Shown piece by piece: positions 1 to 15,000 of a stretch of 64,000 nucleotides of DNA; within the stretch, counting starts at the first letter, position 1, and the number at the start of each line of letters is the position of its first letter. Made by a program: the position numbers and the translations under genes. The notes beneath the pieces were generated by a model. The model had not been told where the DNA came from. It did no database searches and was given only the letters and a program-made list of their open reading frames with translations. The DNA lies in NCBI GenBank assembly GCA_964016885.1, contig OZ024745.1, positions 89,280,001 to 89,344,000 of the forward strand, in the 5' to 3' direction. Source of the DNA: Eledone cirrhosa (Eukaryota).

Positions 1-1199
1 CTATATAGATTGCTATAGATGTATTTGCTACATAGATTGTTAGAGATGTAGTTGCTACATAGATTGTTATAGATGTAGTTGCTACATAGATTGCTCTAGA
101 TGTATTTGCTACATAGATTGTTATATATGTAGTTGCTACATAAATTGCCATTTATGTGGTTGCTACATAGATTGTAATAAATGTAGTTGCGACATAGATT
201 GCCATAGATGTATTTGCTATATAGATTGCCATAGATGTAGTTGCTACATTGATTGTTATAGATGTAGTTGCTACATATATTGTTATAGATGTAGTTGCTA
301 CATAGATTGTTATAGATGTAGTTGCTACACAGATCGACATAGATGTAGTTGCTACATAGATTGCCATAGATGTAGTTGCTACATTGATTTGTATAGATGT
401 AGTTGCTACATAGATTGCTGTAGATGTATTTGCTACATAGATTGCCATAGATGGAGTTGCTACATAGATTGCCATAGATGTAGTTGCTACATAGATTGCC
501 ATAGATATAGTTGCTACAGAGATTGCCATAGATGTAGTTGCTACATAGATTGTTATAGATGTAGTTGCTATGTAGATTGACATAGCTGGAGTTGCTACAT
601 AGATTAACATAGATGTAGTTGCTACATAGATTGTTATAGGTGTAGTTGCTACATAGATTGCTATAGATGTATTTGCTACATAGATTGCCATAGATGGAGT
701 TGCTACATAGATTACCATAGATGTAGTTGCTACATAGATTGCCATATATATAGTTGCTACATAGATTGCCATAGATGTAGTTGCTACATAGATTGTTATA
801 GATGTAGTTGCTACATAGATTGTTATAGATGTAGTTGCTACATAGATTGTTATAGACGTAGTTGCTACATAGATTGCCATAGATGTAGTTGCTACATAGA
901 TTGCCATAGATGTAATTGCTACATAGATTGCCATAGATGTAGTTGATACATAGATTGTTCTAGATGTAGTTGCTACATAGATTGTTATAGATGTAGTTGC
1001 TACATAGATTGCCATAGATGGAGTTTCTACATAGATTGCCATAGATGTAGTTGGTACATAGATTGCCATAGCTGTAGTTGCTACATATATTGCCATAGAT
1101 GTAGTTGCTACATAGATTGTTATAGATGTAGTTGCTACATAGATTGCCATAAATGGAGTTGCTACGTAGATTACCATAGATGTAGTTGCTACATAGATT

Positions 1200-4100
1200 G
1201 CCATAGATGTAGTTGCTACATAGATTGCCATAGATGTAGATGCTACATAGATTGTTATAGATGTAGTTGCTACATAGATTGCTATAGATGTAGTTGCTAC
1301 ATATATTGTTATAGAAGTAGTTGCTACATAGATTGCCATAGATGTAGTTGCTACATAGATTGTTATAGATGTAGTTGCTACATTGATTGTTATAGATGTA
1401 GTTGCTACATAGATTGTTATAGATGTAGTTGCTACATAGATTGTTATAGATGTAGTTGCTACATAGATTGCCATGGATGTAGTTGCTACATAGATTGTTA
1501 TATATGTAGTTGCTACATATATTGAAATGGACGTAGTTGCTACATAGATTGTTATAGATGTAGTTGCTACATAGATTGCCATAGATGTAGTTGCTACATA
1601 GATTGTTATATATGTAGTTGTTACATAGATTGCTATAGATGTAGTTGCTACATATATTGTTATAGATGTAGTTGCTACATAGATTGCTATAGATGTAGTT
1701 GCTACATAGATTGCCATAGAAGTAGTTGCTACATAGATCGTCATAGACGTAGTTGCTACATAGATTGTTAGAGATGTAGTTGCTACATAGATTGTTATAG
1801 ATGTAGTTGCTACATAGATTGCTCTAGATGTATTTGCTACATAGATTGTTATAGATGTAGTTTCTACATAGATTGTTATAGATGTAGTTGCTACATAGAT
1901 TGCTATAGATGTATTTGCTACATAGATTGCCATAGATGTAGTTGCTACATAGATTGCCATAGATGTAGTTGCTACATTGATTGTTACAGATGTAGTTGCT
2001 ACATATATTGTTATAGATGTAGTTGCTACATAGATTGTTATAGATGTAGTTGCTACATAGATTGCTATAGATGTAGTTGCTGCATAGATTGCTTTGAATG
2101 TAGTTGCTACATAGATTGTTATAATGTAGTTGCTACATAGATTGCTATATAAGTAGTTGCTACATAGATTCTTATAGATTTAGTTGCTACATAGATTGTT
2201 ATAGATGTAGTTGCTACATAGATTGCTATAGATGTATTTGCTACATAGATTGTTATAGATGTAGTTGCGACATAGATTGTTATAGATGTAGTTGCTATAT
2301 AGATTGCTATAGATCTATTTGCTACATAGATTGTTATAGATGTAGTTGGGACAGAGATTGTTATAGATGTAGTTGCTACATAGATTGTTATAGATGTAGT
2401 TGCTACATAGATTGTGATAGATGTAGTTGCTAGATAGATTGCTATATAAGTAGTTGCTACATATATTGTTATAGATGTAGTTGCTACATAGATTGCCATA
2501 GATGGAGTTGCTACATAGATTGCCATAGATGTAGTTGCTACATAGATTGCCATAGATGTAGTTGCTACATAGATTGTTTTATATGTAGTTGCTACATAGA
2601 TTGCTATAGATGTAGTTGCTACATAGTTTATTATAGATGTAGTTGCTACATAGATTGCTATAGATGTAGTTGCTACATAGATTGCTATAGATGTAGTTGC
2701 TACATAGATTTTTATAGATGTAGTTTTTACATAGATTGCCATAGATGGAGTTGCTACATAGATTGCCATATATGTAGTTGCTACATAGATTGCCATAGAT
2801 GTAGTTGCTACATAGATTGCCATAGATGTAGTTGCTACATAGATTGCCATTTATGTAGTTGCTACATAGACTGTTATAAATGTAGTTGCTACATAGATTG
2901 CCATAGATGTATTTGCTACATAGATTGCCATAGATGTAGTTGCTACATAGATTGCCATAGATGTAGTTGCTACTTATATTGCCATAGATGTAGTTGCTAC
3001 ATAGATTGTTATAGATGTAGTTGCTACATAGATTGCCATAGATGGAGTTGCTACGTAGATTACCATAGATGTAGTTGCTACATAGATTGCCATAGATGTA
3101 GTTGCTACATAGATTGCCATAGATGTAGATGCTACATAGATTGTTATAGATGTAGTTGCTAAATAGATTGCTATAGATGTAGTTGCTACATATATTGTTA
3201 TAGATGTAGTTGGTACATAGATTGCCATAGCTGTAGTTGCTACATATATTGCCATAGATGTAGTTGCTACATAGATTGTTATAGATGTAGTTGCTACATA
3301 TATTGCCATAAATGGAGTTGCTACGTAGATTACCATAGATGTCGTTGCTACATAGATTGCCATAGATGTAGTTGCTACATAGATTGCCATAGATATAGTT
3401 GCTGCATAGATTGTTTTATATGTAGTTGCTACATAGATTGCTATAGATGTAGTTGCTACATAGATTATTATAGATGTAGTTGCTACATAGATTGCTATAG
3501 ATGTAGTTGCTACATAGATTGCTATAGATGTAGTTGCTACATAGATTTTTATAGATGTAGTTTTTACATAGATTGCCATAGATGGAGTTGCTACATAGAT
3601 TGCCATATATGTAGTTGCTACATAGATTGCCATAGATGTAGTTGCTACATAGATTGCCATAGATGTAGTTGCTACATAGATTGCCATTTATGTAGTTGCT
3701 ACATAGACTGTTATAAATGTAGTTGCTACATAGATTGCCATAGATGTATTTGCTACATAGATTGCCATAGATGTAGTTGCTACATAGATTGCCATAGCTG
3801 TAGTTGCTACATATATTGCCATAGATGTAGTTGCTACATAGATTGTTATAGATGTAGTTGCTACATAGATTGCCATAGATGGAGTTGCTACGTAGATTAC
3901 CATAGATGTAGTTGCTACATAGATTGCCATAGATGTAGTTGCTACATAGATTGCCATAGATGTAGATGCTACATAGATTGTTATAGATGTAGTTGCTAAA
4001 TAGATTGCTATAGATGTAGTTGCTACATATATTGTTATAGATGTAGTTGCTACATAGATTGCCATAGATGTAGTTGCTACATAGATTGTTATAGATGTAG

Positions 4101-7060
4101 TTGCTACATTGATTGTTATAGATGTAGTTGCTACATAGATTGTTATAGATGTAGTTGCTACATAGATTGTTATAGATGTAGTTGCTACATAGATTGCCAT
4201 GGATGTAGTTGCTACATAGATTGTTATATATGTAGTTGCTACATATATTGAAATGGACGTAGTTGCTACATAGATTGTTATAGATGTAGTTGCTACATAG
4301 ATTGCCATAGATGTAGTTGCTACATAGATTGTTATATATGTAGTTGTTACATAGATTGCTATAGATGTAGTTGCTACATATATTGTTATAGATGTAGTTG
4401 CTACATAGATTGCTATAGATGTAGTTGCTACATAGATTGCCATAGAAGTAGTTGCTACATAGATCGTCATAGACGTAGTTGCTACATAGATTGTTAGAGA
4501 TGTAGTTGCTACATAGATTGTTATAGATGTAGTTGCTACATAGATTGCTCTAGATGTATTTGCTACATAGATTGTTATAGATGTAGTTTCTACATAGATT
4601 GTTATAGATGTAGTTGCTACATAGATTGCTATAGATGTATTTGCTACATAGATTGCCATAGATGTAGTTGCTACATAGATTGCCATAGATGTAGTTGCTA
4701 CATTGATTGTTACAGATGTAGTTGCTACATATATTGTTATAGATGTAGTTGCTACATAGATTGTTATAGATGTAGTTGCTACATAGATTGCTATAGATGT
4801 AGTTGCTGCATAGATTGCTTTGAATGTAGTTGCTACATAGATTGTTATAATGTAGTTGCTACATAGATTGCTATATAAGTAGTTGCTACATAGATTCTTA
4901 TAGATTTAGTTGCTACATAGATTGTTATAGATGTAGTTGCTACATAGATTGCTATAGATGTATTTGCTACATAGATTGTTATAGATGTAGTTGCGACATA
5001 GATTGTTATAGATGTAGTTGCTATATAGATTGCTATAGATCTATTTGCTACATAGATTGTTATAGATGTAGTTGGGACAGAGATTGTTATAGATGTAGTT
5101 GCTACATAGATTGTTATAGATGTAGTTGCTACATAGATTGTGATAGATGTAGTTGCTAGATAGATTGCTATATAAGTAGTTGCTACATATATTGTTATAG
5201 ATGTAGTTGCTACATAGATTGCCATAGATGGAGTTGCTACATAGATTGCCATAGATGTAGTTGCTACATAGATTGCCATAGATGTAGTTGCTACATAGAT
5301 TGTTTTATATGTAGTTGCTACATAGATTGCTATAGATGTAGTTGCTACATAGTTTATTATAGATGTAGTTGCTACATAGATTGCTATAGATGTAGTTGCT
5401 ACATAGATTGCTATAGATGTAGTTGCTACATAGATTTTTATAGATGTAGTTTTTACATAGATTGCCATAGATGGAGTTGCTACATAGATTGCCATATATG
5501 TAGTTGCTACATAGATTGCCATAGATGTAGTTGCTACATAGATTGCCATAGATGTAGTTGCTACATAGATTGCCATTTATGTAGTTGCTACATAGACTGT
5601 TATAAATGTAGTTGCTACATAGATTGCCATAGATGTATTTGCTACATAGATTGCCATAGATGTAGTTGCTACATAGATTGCCATAGATGTAGTTGCTACT
5701 TATATTGCCATAGATGTAGTTGCTACATAGATTGTTATAGATGTAGTTGCTACATAGATTGCCATAGATGGAGTTGCTACGTAGATTACCATAGATGTAG
5801 TTGCTACATAGATTGCCATAGATGTAGTTGCTACATAGATTGCCATAGATGTAGATGCTACATAGATTGTTATAGATGTAGTTGCTAAATAGATTGCTAT
5901 AGATGTAGTTGCTACATATATTGTTATAGATGTAGTTGGTACATAGATTGCCATAGCTGTAGTTGCTACATATATTGCCATAGATGTAGTTGCTACATAG
6001 ATTGTTATAGATGTAGTTGCTACATATATTGCCATAAATGGAGTTGCTACGTAGATTACCATAGATGTCGTTGCTACATAGATTGCCATAGATGTAGTTG
6101 CTACATAGATTGCCATAGATATAGTTGCTGCATAGATTGTTTTATATGTAGTTGCTACATAGATTGCTATAGATGTAGTTGCTACATAGATTATTATAGA
6201 TGTAGTTGCTACATAGATTGCTATAGATGTAGTTGCTACATAGATTGCTATAGATGTAGTTGCTACATAGATTTTTATAGATGTAGTTTTTACATAGATT
6301 GCCATAGATGGAGTTGCTACATAGATTGCCATATATGTAGTTGCTACATAGATTGCCATAGATGTAGTTGCTACATAGATTGCCATAGATGTAGTTGCTA
6401 CATAGATTGCCATTTATGTAGTTGCTACATAGACTGTTATAAATGTAGTTGCTACATAGATTGCCATAGATGTATTTGCTACATAGATTGCCATAGATGT
6501 AGTTGCTACATAGATTGCCATAGCTGTAGTTGCTACATATATTGCCATAGATGTAGTTGCTACATAGATTGTTATAGATGTAGTTGCTACATAGATTGCC
6601 ATAGATGGAGTTGCTACGTAGATTACCATAGATGTAGTTGCTACATAGATTGCCATAGATGTAGTTGCTACATAGATTGCCATAGATGTAGATGCTACAT
6701 AGATTGTTATAGATGTAGTTGCTAAATAGATTGCTATAGATGTAGTTGCTACATATATTGTTATAGATGTAGTTGCTACATAGATTGCCATAGATGTAGT
6801 TGCTACATAGATTGTTATAGATGTAGTTGCTACATTGATTGTTATAGATGTAGTTGCTACATAGATTGTTATAGATGTAGTTGCTACATAGATTGTTATA
6901 GATGTAGTTGCTACATAGATTGCCATGGATGTAGTTGCTACATAGATTGTTATATATGTAGTTGCTACATATATTGAAATGGACGTAGTTGCTACATAGA
7001 TTGTTATAGATGTAGTTGCTACATAGATTGCCATAGATGTAGTTGCTACATAGATTGTTA
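1200..7060. repeat. Higher-order repeat, period 2726 bp (101 units minus 1 bp)
   Basis: Identical ORF pairs 2119/4845 and 2974/5700, and the rare variant gttacagatg at ~1983 and ~4709, are all offset by 2726. Boundaries are approximate. Confidence 0.9.
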
Positions 7061-10000
7061 TATATGTAGTTGCTACATAGATTGCTATATATGTAGTTGC
7101 TACATAGATTGTTATAGATGTAGTTGCTACATAGATTGCTACAGATGTAGTTGCTACATAGATTGCCATAGAAGTAGTTGCTACATAGATCGTCATAGAC
7201 GTAGTTGCTACATAGATTGTTATATATGTAGTTGCTACATAGATTGCCATTTATGTAGTTGCTACATAGATTGTTATAAATGTAGTTGCTACATAGATTG
7301 CCATAGATGTATTTGCTATATAGATTGCCATAGATGTAGTTGCTACATTGATTGTTATAGATGTAGTTGCTACATATATTGTTATAGATGTAGTTGCTAC
7401 ATAGATTGTTGTAGATGTAGTTGCTACACAGATCGACATAGATGTAGTTGCTACATAGATTGCTATAGATGTAGTAGCTACATAGATTGCTATAGATGTA
7501 GTTGCTACATATATTGCTATAGATGTAGTTGCTACATAGATTGTGATAGATGTAGTTGCTACATAGAATTCTATAGATGTATTTGCTACATAGATTGTTA
7601 TAGATGTAGTTGCTATATAGATTGCTATAGATCTATTTGCTACATAGATTGTTATAGATGTAGTTGGTACAGAGATTGTTATAGATGTAGTTGCTACATA
7701 GATTGCCATAGATGTAGTTGCTACATAGATTGCCATTTATGTAGTTGCTACATAGACTGTTATAAATGTAGTTGTACATAGATTGCTATAGATGTATTTG
7801 CTACATAGATTGCCATAGATGGAGTTGCTACATAGATTACCATAGATGTAGTTGCTACATAGATTGCCATAGATATAGTTGCTACATAGATTGCCATAGA
7901 TGTAGTTGCTACATAGATTGTTATAGATGTAGTTGCTACATAGATTGTTATAGATGTAGTTGCTACATAGATTGTTATAGACGTAGTTGCTACATAGATT
8001 GCCATAGATGTAGTTGCTACATAGATTGCCATAGATGTAATTGCTACATAGATTGCCATAGATGTAGTTGATACATAGATTGTTATAGATGTAGTTGCTA
8101 CATAGATTGTTATAGATGTAGTTGCTACATAGATTGCCATAGATGGAGTTGCTACATAGATTGCCATAGATGTAGTTGCTACATAGATTGCCATAGCTGT
8201 AGTTGCTACATAGATTGTTGTAGATGTAGTTGCTACATAGATTGCCATAAATGGAGTTGCTACGTAGATTACCATAGATGTAGTTGCTACATAGATTGCC
8301 ATAGATGTAGTTGCTGCATAGATTGCCATAGATGTAGATGCTACATAGATTGTTATAGATGTAGTTGCTAAATAGATTGCCATGGATGTAGTTGCTACAT
8401 AGATTGTTATATATGTAGTTGCTACATATATTGAAATGGACGTAGTTGCTACATAGATTGTTATAGATGTAGTTGCTACATAGATTGCCATAGATGTAGT
8501 TGCTACATAGATTGTTATATATGTAGTTGCTACATAGATTGCTATAGATGTAGTTGCTACATATATTGTTATAGATGTAGTTGCTACATAGATTGCTATA
8601 GATGTAGTTGCTACATAGATTGCCATAGAAGTAGTTGCTACATAGATCGTCATAGACGTAGTTGCTACATAGATTGTTAGAGATGTAGTTGCTACATAGA
8701 TTGTTATAGATGTAGTTGCTACATAGATTGCTCTAGATGTATTTGCTACATAGATTGTTATAGATGTAGTTTCTACATAGATTGTTATAGATGTAGTTGC
8801 TACATAGATTGCTATAGATGTATTTGCTACATAGATTGCCATAGATGTAGTTGCTACATAGATTACCATAGATGTAGTTGCTACATTGATTGTTATAGAT
8901 GTAGTTGCTACATATATTGTTATAGATGTAGTTGCTACATAGATTGTTATAAATGTAGTTGCTACATAGATTGCTATAGATGTAGTTGCTGCATAGATTG
9001 CTTTGAATGTAGTTGCTACATAGATTGCTATAATGTAGTTGCTACATAGATTGCTATATAAGTAGTTGCTACATAGATTCTTATAGATTTAGTTGCTACA
9101 TAGATTGTTATAGATGTAGTTGCTACATAGATTGCTATAGATGTATTTGCTACATAGATTGTTATAGATGTAGTTGCGACATAGATTGTTATAGATGTAG
9201 TTGCTATATAGATTGCTATAGATCTATTTGCTACATAGATTGTTATAGATGTAGTTGGTACAGAGATTGTTATAGATGTAGTTGCTACATAGATTGTTAT
9301 AGATGTAGTTGCTACATAGATTGTGAAAGATGTAGTTGCTAGATAGATTGCTATATAAGTAGTTGCTACATATATTGTTATAGATGTAGTTGCTACATAG
9401 ATTGCCATAGATGGAGTTGCTACATAGATTGCCATAGATGTAGTTGCTACATAGATTGCCATAGATGTAGTTGCTACATAGATTGCCATAGATGTAGTTG
9501 CTACATAGATTGTTTTATATGTAGTTGCTACATAGATTGCTATAGATGTAGTTGCTACATAGATTGTTATAGATGTAGTTGCTACATAGATTGCTATAGA
9601 TGTAGTTGCTACATAGATTGCTATAGATATAGTTGCTACATAGATCGTCATAGACGTAGTTGCTACATAGATTTTTATAGATGTAGTTGCTACATAGATT
9701 TTTATAGATGTAGTTTTTACATAGATTGCCATAGATGGAGTTGCTACATAGATTGCCATATATGTAGTTGCTACATAGATTGCCATAGATGTAGTTGCTA
9801 CATAGATTGCCATAGATGTAGTTGCTACATAGATTGCCATTTATGTAGTTGCTACATAGACTGTTATAAATGTAGTTGCTACATAGATTGCCATAGATGT
9901 ATTTGCTACATAGATTGCCATAGATGTAGTTGCTACATAGATTGCCATAGCTGTAGTTGCTACATATATTGCCATACATGTAGTTGCTACATAGATTGTT

Positions 10001-12027
10001 ATAGATGTAGTTGCTACATAGATTGCCATAGATGGAGTTGCTACGTAGATTACCATAGATGTAGTTGCTACATAGATTGCCATAGATGTAGTTGCTACAT
10101 AGATTGCCATAGATGTAGATGCTACATAGATTATTATAGATGTAGTTGCTAAATAGATTGCTATAGATGTAGTTGCTACATATATTGTTATAGATGTAGT
10201 TGCTACATAGATTGCCATAGATGTAGTTGCTACATATATTGTTATAGATGTAGTTGCTACATTGATTGTTATAGATGTAGTTGCTACATAGATTGTTATA
10301 GATGTAGTTGCTACATAGATTGTTATAGATGTAGTTGCTACATAGATTGCCATGGATGTAGTTGCTACATAGATTGTTATAGATGTAGTTGCTACATAGA
10401 TTGCCATAGATGTAGTTGCTACATAGATTGTTATATATGTAGTTGCTACATAGATTGCTATAGATGTAGTTGCTACATAGATTGTTATAGATGTAGTTGC
10501 TACATAGATTGCTATAGATGTAGTTGCTACATAGATTGCCATAGAAGTAGTTGCTACATAGATCGTCATAGACGTAGTTGCTACATAGATTGTTATAGAT
10601 GTAGTTGCTACATAGATTGCCATTTATGTAGTTGCTACATAGATTGTTATAAATGTAGTTGCTACATAGATTGCCATAGATGTATTTGCTATATAGATTG
10701 CCATAGATGTAGTTGCTACATTGATTGTTATAGATGTAGTTGCTACATATATTGTTATAGATGTAGTTGCTACATAGTTTGTTATAGATGTAGTTGCTAC
10801 ACAGATCGCCATAAATGTAGTTGCTACATAGATTGCTATAGATGTAGTAGCTACATAGATTGCCATAGATGTAGATGCTACATAGATTGCCATAGATGTA
10901 GTTGCTACATAGATTGCCATGGATGTAGTTGCTACATAGATTGTTATAGATGTAGTTGCTACATAGATTGCCATAGATGTAGTTGCTACATAGATTGTTA
11001 TAGATGTAGTTGCTAAATAGATTGCTATAGATGTAGTTGCTACATATATTGTTATATATGTAGTTGCTACATAGATTGCCATAGATGTAGTTGCTACATA
11101 GATTGTTATAGATGTAGTTGCTACATTGATTGTTATAGATGTAGTTGCTACATAGATTGTTATAGATGTAGTTGCTACATAGATTGTTCTAGATGTAGTT
11201 GCTACATAGATTGCCATGGATGTAGTTGCTACATAGATTGTTATATATGTAGTTGCTACATATATTGAAATGGACGTAGTTGCTACATAGATTGTTATAG
11301 ATGTAGTTGCTACATAGATTGCCATAGATGTAGTTGCTACATAGATTGTTATATATGTAGTTGCTACATAGATTGCTATATATGTAGTTGCTACATAGAT
11401 TGTTATAGATGTAGTTGCTACATAGATTGCTATAGATGTAGTTGCTACATAGATTGCCATAGAAGTAGTTGCTACATAGATCGTCATAGACGTAGTTGCT
11501 ACATAGATTGTTATATATGTAGTTGCTACATAGATTGCCATTTATGTAGTTGCTACATAGATTGTTATAAATGTAGTTGCTATATAGATTGCCATAGATG
11601 TAGTTGCTACATTGATTGTTATAGATGTAGTTGCTACATATATTGTTATAGATGTAGTTGCTACACAGATCGACATAGATGTAGTTGCTACATAGATTGC
11701 TATAGATGTAGTAGCTACATAGATTGCTATAGATGTAGTTGCTACATATATTGCTATAGATGTAGTTGCTACATAGATTGTGATAGATGTAGTTGCTACA
11801 TAGAATTCTATAGATGTATTTGCTACATAGATTGTTAGAGATGTAGTTGCTACATAGATTGTTATAGATGTAGTTGCTATATAGATTGCTATAGATCTAT
11901 TTGCTACATAGATTGTTATAGATGTAGTTGGTACAGAGATTGTTATAGATGTAGTTGCTACAAAGATTGTTATAGATGTAGTTGCTACATAGATTGCCAT
12001 AGATGTAGTTGCTACATAGATTGCCAT

Positions 12028-15000
12028 TTATGTAGTTGCTACATAGACTGTTATAAATGTAGTTGCTACATAGATTGCTATAGATGTATTTGCTACATAG
12101 ATTGCCATAGATGGAGTTACTACATAGATTACCATAGATGTAGTTGCTACATAGATTGCCATAGATATAGTTGCTACATAGATTGCCATAGATGTAGTTG
12201 CTACATAGATTGTTATAGATGTAGTTGCTACATAGATTGTTATAGATGTAGTTGCTACATAGATTGTTATAGACGTAGTTGCTACATAGATTGCCATAGA
12301 TGTAGTTGCTACATAGATTGCCATAGATGTAATTGCTACATAGATTGCCATAGATGTAGTTGATACATAGATTGTTATAGATGTAGTTGCTACATAGATT
12401 GTTATAGATGTAGTTGCTACATAGATTGCCATAGATGGAGTTGCTACATAGATTGCCATAGATGTAGTTGCTACATAGATTGCCATAGCTGTAGTTGCTA
12501 CATAGATTGTTATAGATGTAGTTGCTACATAGATTGCCATAAATGGAGTTGCTACGTAGATTACCATAGATGTAGTTGCTACATAGATTGCCATAGATGT
12601 AGTTGCTACATAGATTGCCATAGATGTAGATGCTACATAGATTGTTATAGATGTAGTTGCTAAATAGATTGCCATGGATGTAGTTGCTACATAGATTGTT
12701 ATATATGTAGTTGCTACATATATTGAAATGGACGTAGTTGCTACATAGATTGTTATAGATGTAGTTGCTACATAGATTGCCATAGATGTAGTTGCTACAT
12801 AGATTGTTATATATGTAGTTTCTACATAGATTGCTATAGATGTAGTTGCTACATATATTGTTATAGATGTAGTTGCTACATAGATTGCTATAGATGTAGT
12901 TGCTACATAGATTGCCATAGAAGTAGTTGCTACATAGATCGTCATAGACGTAGTTGCTACATAGATTGTTAGAGATGTAGTTGCTACATAGATTGTTATA
13001 GATGTAGTTGCTACATAGATTGCTCTAGATGTATTTGCTACATAGATTGTTATAGATGTAGTTTCTACATAGATTGTTATAGATGTAGTTGCTACATAGA
13101 TTGCTATAGATGTATTTGCTACATAGATTGCCATAGATGTAGTTGCTACATAGATTGCCATAGATGTAGTTGCTACATTGATTGTTATAGATGTAGTTGC
13201 TACATATATTGTTATAGATGTAGTTGCTACATAGATTGTTATAGATGTAGTTGCTACATAGATTGCTATAGATGTAGTTGCTGCATAGATTGCTTTGAAT
13301 GTAGTTGCTACATAGATTGCTATAATGTAGTTGCTACATAGATTGCTATATAAGTAGTTGCTACATAGATTCTTATAGATTTAGTTGCTACATAGATTGT
13401 TATAGATGTAGTTGCTACATAGATTGTTAGAGATGTAGTTGCTACATAGATTGTTATAGATGTAGTTGCTATATAGATTGCTATAGATCTATTTGCTACA
13501 TAGATTGTTATAGATGTAGTTGGTACAGAGATTGTTATAGATGTAGTTGCTACAAAGATTGTTATAGATGTAGTTGCTACATAGATTGCCATAGATGTAG
13601 TTGCTACATAGATTGCCATTTATGTAGTTGCTACATAGACTGTTATAAATGTAGTTGCTACATAGATTGCTATAGATGTATTTGCTACATAGATTGCCAT
13701 AGATGGAGTTACTACATAGATTACCATAGATGTAGTTGCTACATAGATTGCCATAGATATAGTTGCTACATAGATTGCCATAGATGTAGTTGCTACATAG
13801 ATTGTTATAGATGTAGTTGCTACATAGATTGTTATAGATGTAGTTGCTACATAGATTGTTATAGACGTAGTTGCTACATAGATTGCCATAGATGTAGTTG
13901 CTACATAGATTGCCATAGATGTAATTGCTACATAGATTGCCATAGATGTAGTTGATACATAGATTGTTATAGATGTAGTTGCTACATAGATTGTTATAGA
14001 TGTAGTTGCTACATAGATTGCCATAGATGGAGTTGCTACATAGATTGCCATAGATGTAGTTGCTACATAGATTGCCATAGCTGTAGTTGCTACATAGATT
14101 GTTATAGATGTAGTTGCTACATAGATTGCCATAAATGGAGTTGCTACGTAGATTACCATAGATGTAGTTGCTACATAGATTGCCATAGATGTAGTTGCTA
14201 CATAGATTGCCATAGATGTAGATGCTACATAGATTGTTATAGATGTAGTTGCTAAATAGATTGCCATGGATGTAGTTGCTACATAGATTGTTATATATGT
14301 AGTTGCTACATATATTGAAATGGACGTAGTTGCTACATAGATTGTTATAGATGTAGTTGCTACATAGATTGCCATAGATGTAGTTGCTACATAGATTGTT
14401 ATATATGTAGTTTCTACATAGATTGCTATAGATGTAGTTGCTACATATATTGTTATAGATGTAGTTGCTACATAGATTGCTATAGATGTAGTTGCTACAT
14501 AGATTGCCATAGAAGTAGTTGCTACATAGATCGTCATAGACGTAGTTGCTACATAGATTGTTAGAGATGTAGTTGCTACATAGATTGTTATAGATGTAGT
14601 TGCTACATAGATTGCTCTAGATGTATTTGCTACATAGATTGTTATAGATGTAGTTTCTACATAGATTGTTATAGATGTAGTTGCTACATAGATTGCTATA
14701 GATGTATTTGCTACATAGATTGCCATAGATGTAGTTGCTACATAGATTGCCATAGATGTAGTTGCTACATTGATTGTTATAGATGTAGTTGCTACATATA
14801 TTGTTATAGATGTAGTTGCTACATAGATTGTTATAGATGTAGTTGCTACATAGATTGCTATAGATGTAGTTGCTGCATAGATTGCTTTGAATGTAGTTGC
14901 TACATAGATTGCTATAATGTAGTTGCTACATAGATTGCTATATAAGTAGTTGCTACATAGATTCTTATAGATTTAGTTGCTACATAGATTGTTATAGATG
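12028..15000. repeat. Higher-order repeat, period 1592 bp (59 units minus 1 bp)
   Basis: Identical 377-aa repeat ORFs at 12028 and 13620; the 26-bp deletion unit recurs at 13320 and 14912. Confidence 0.85.
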
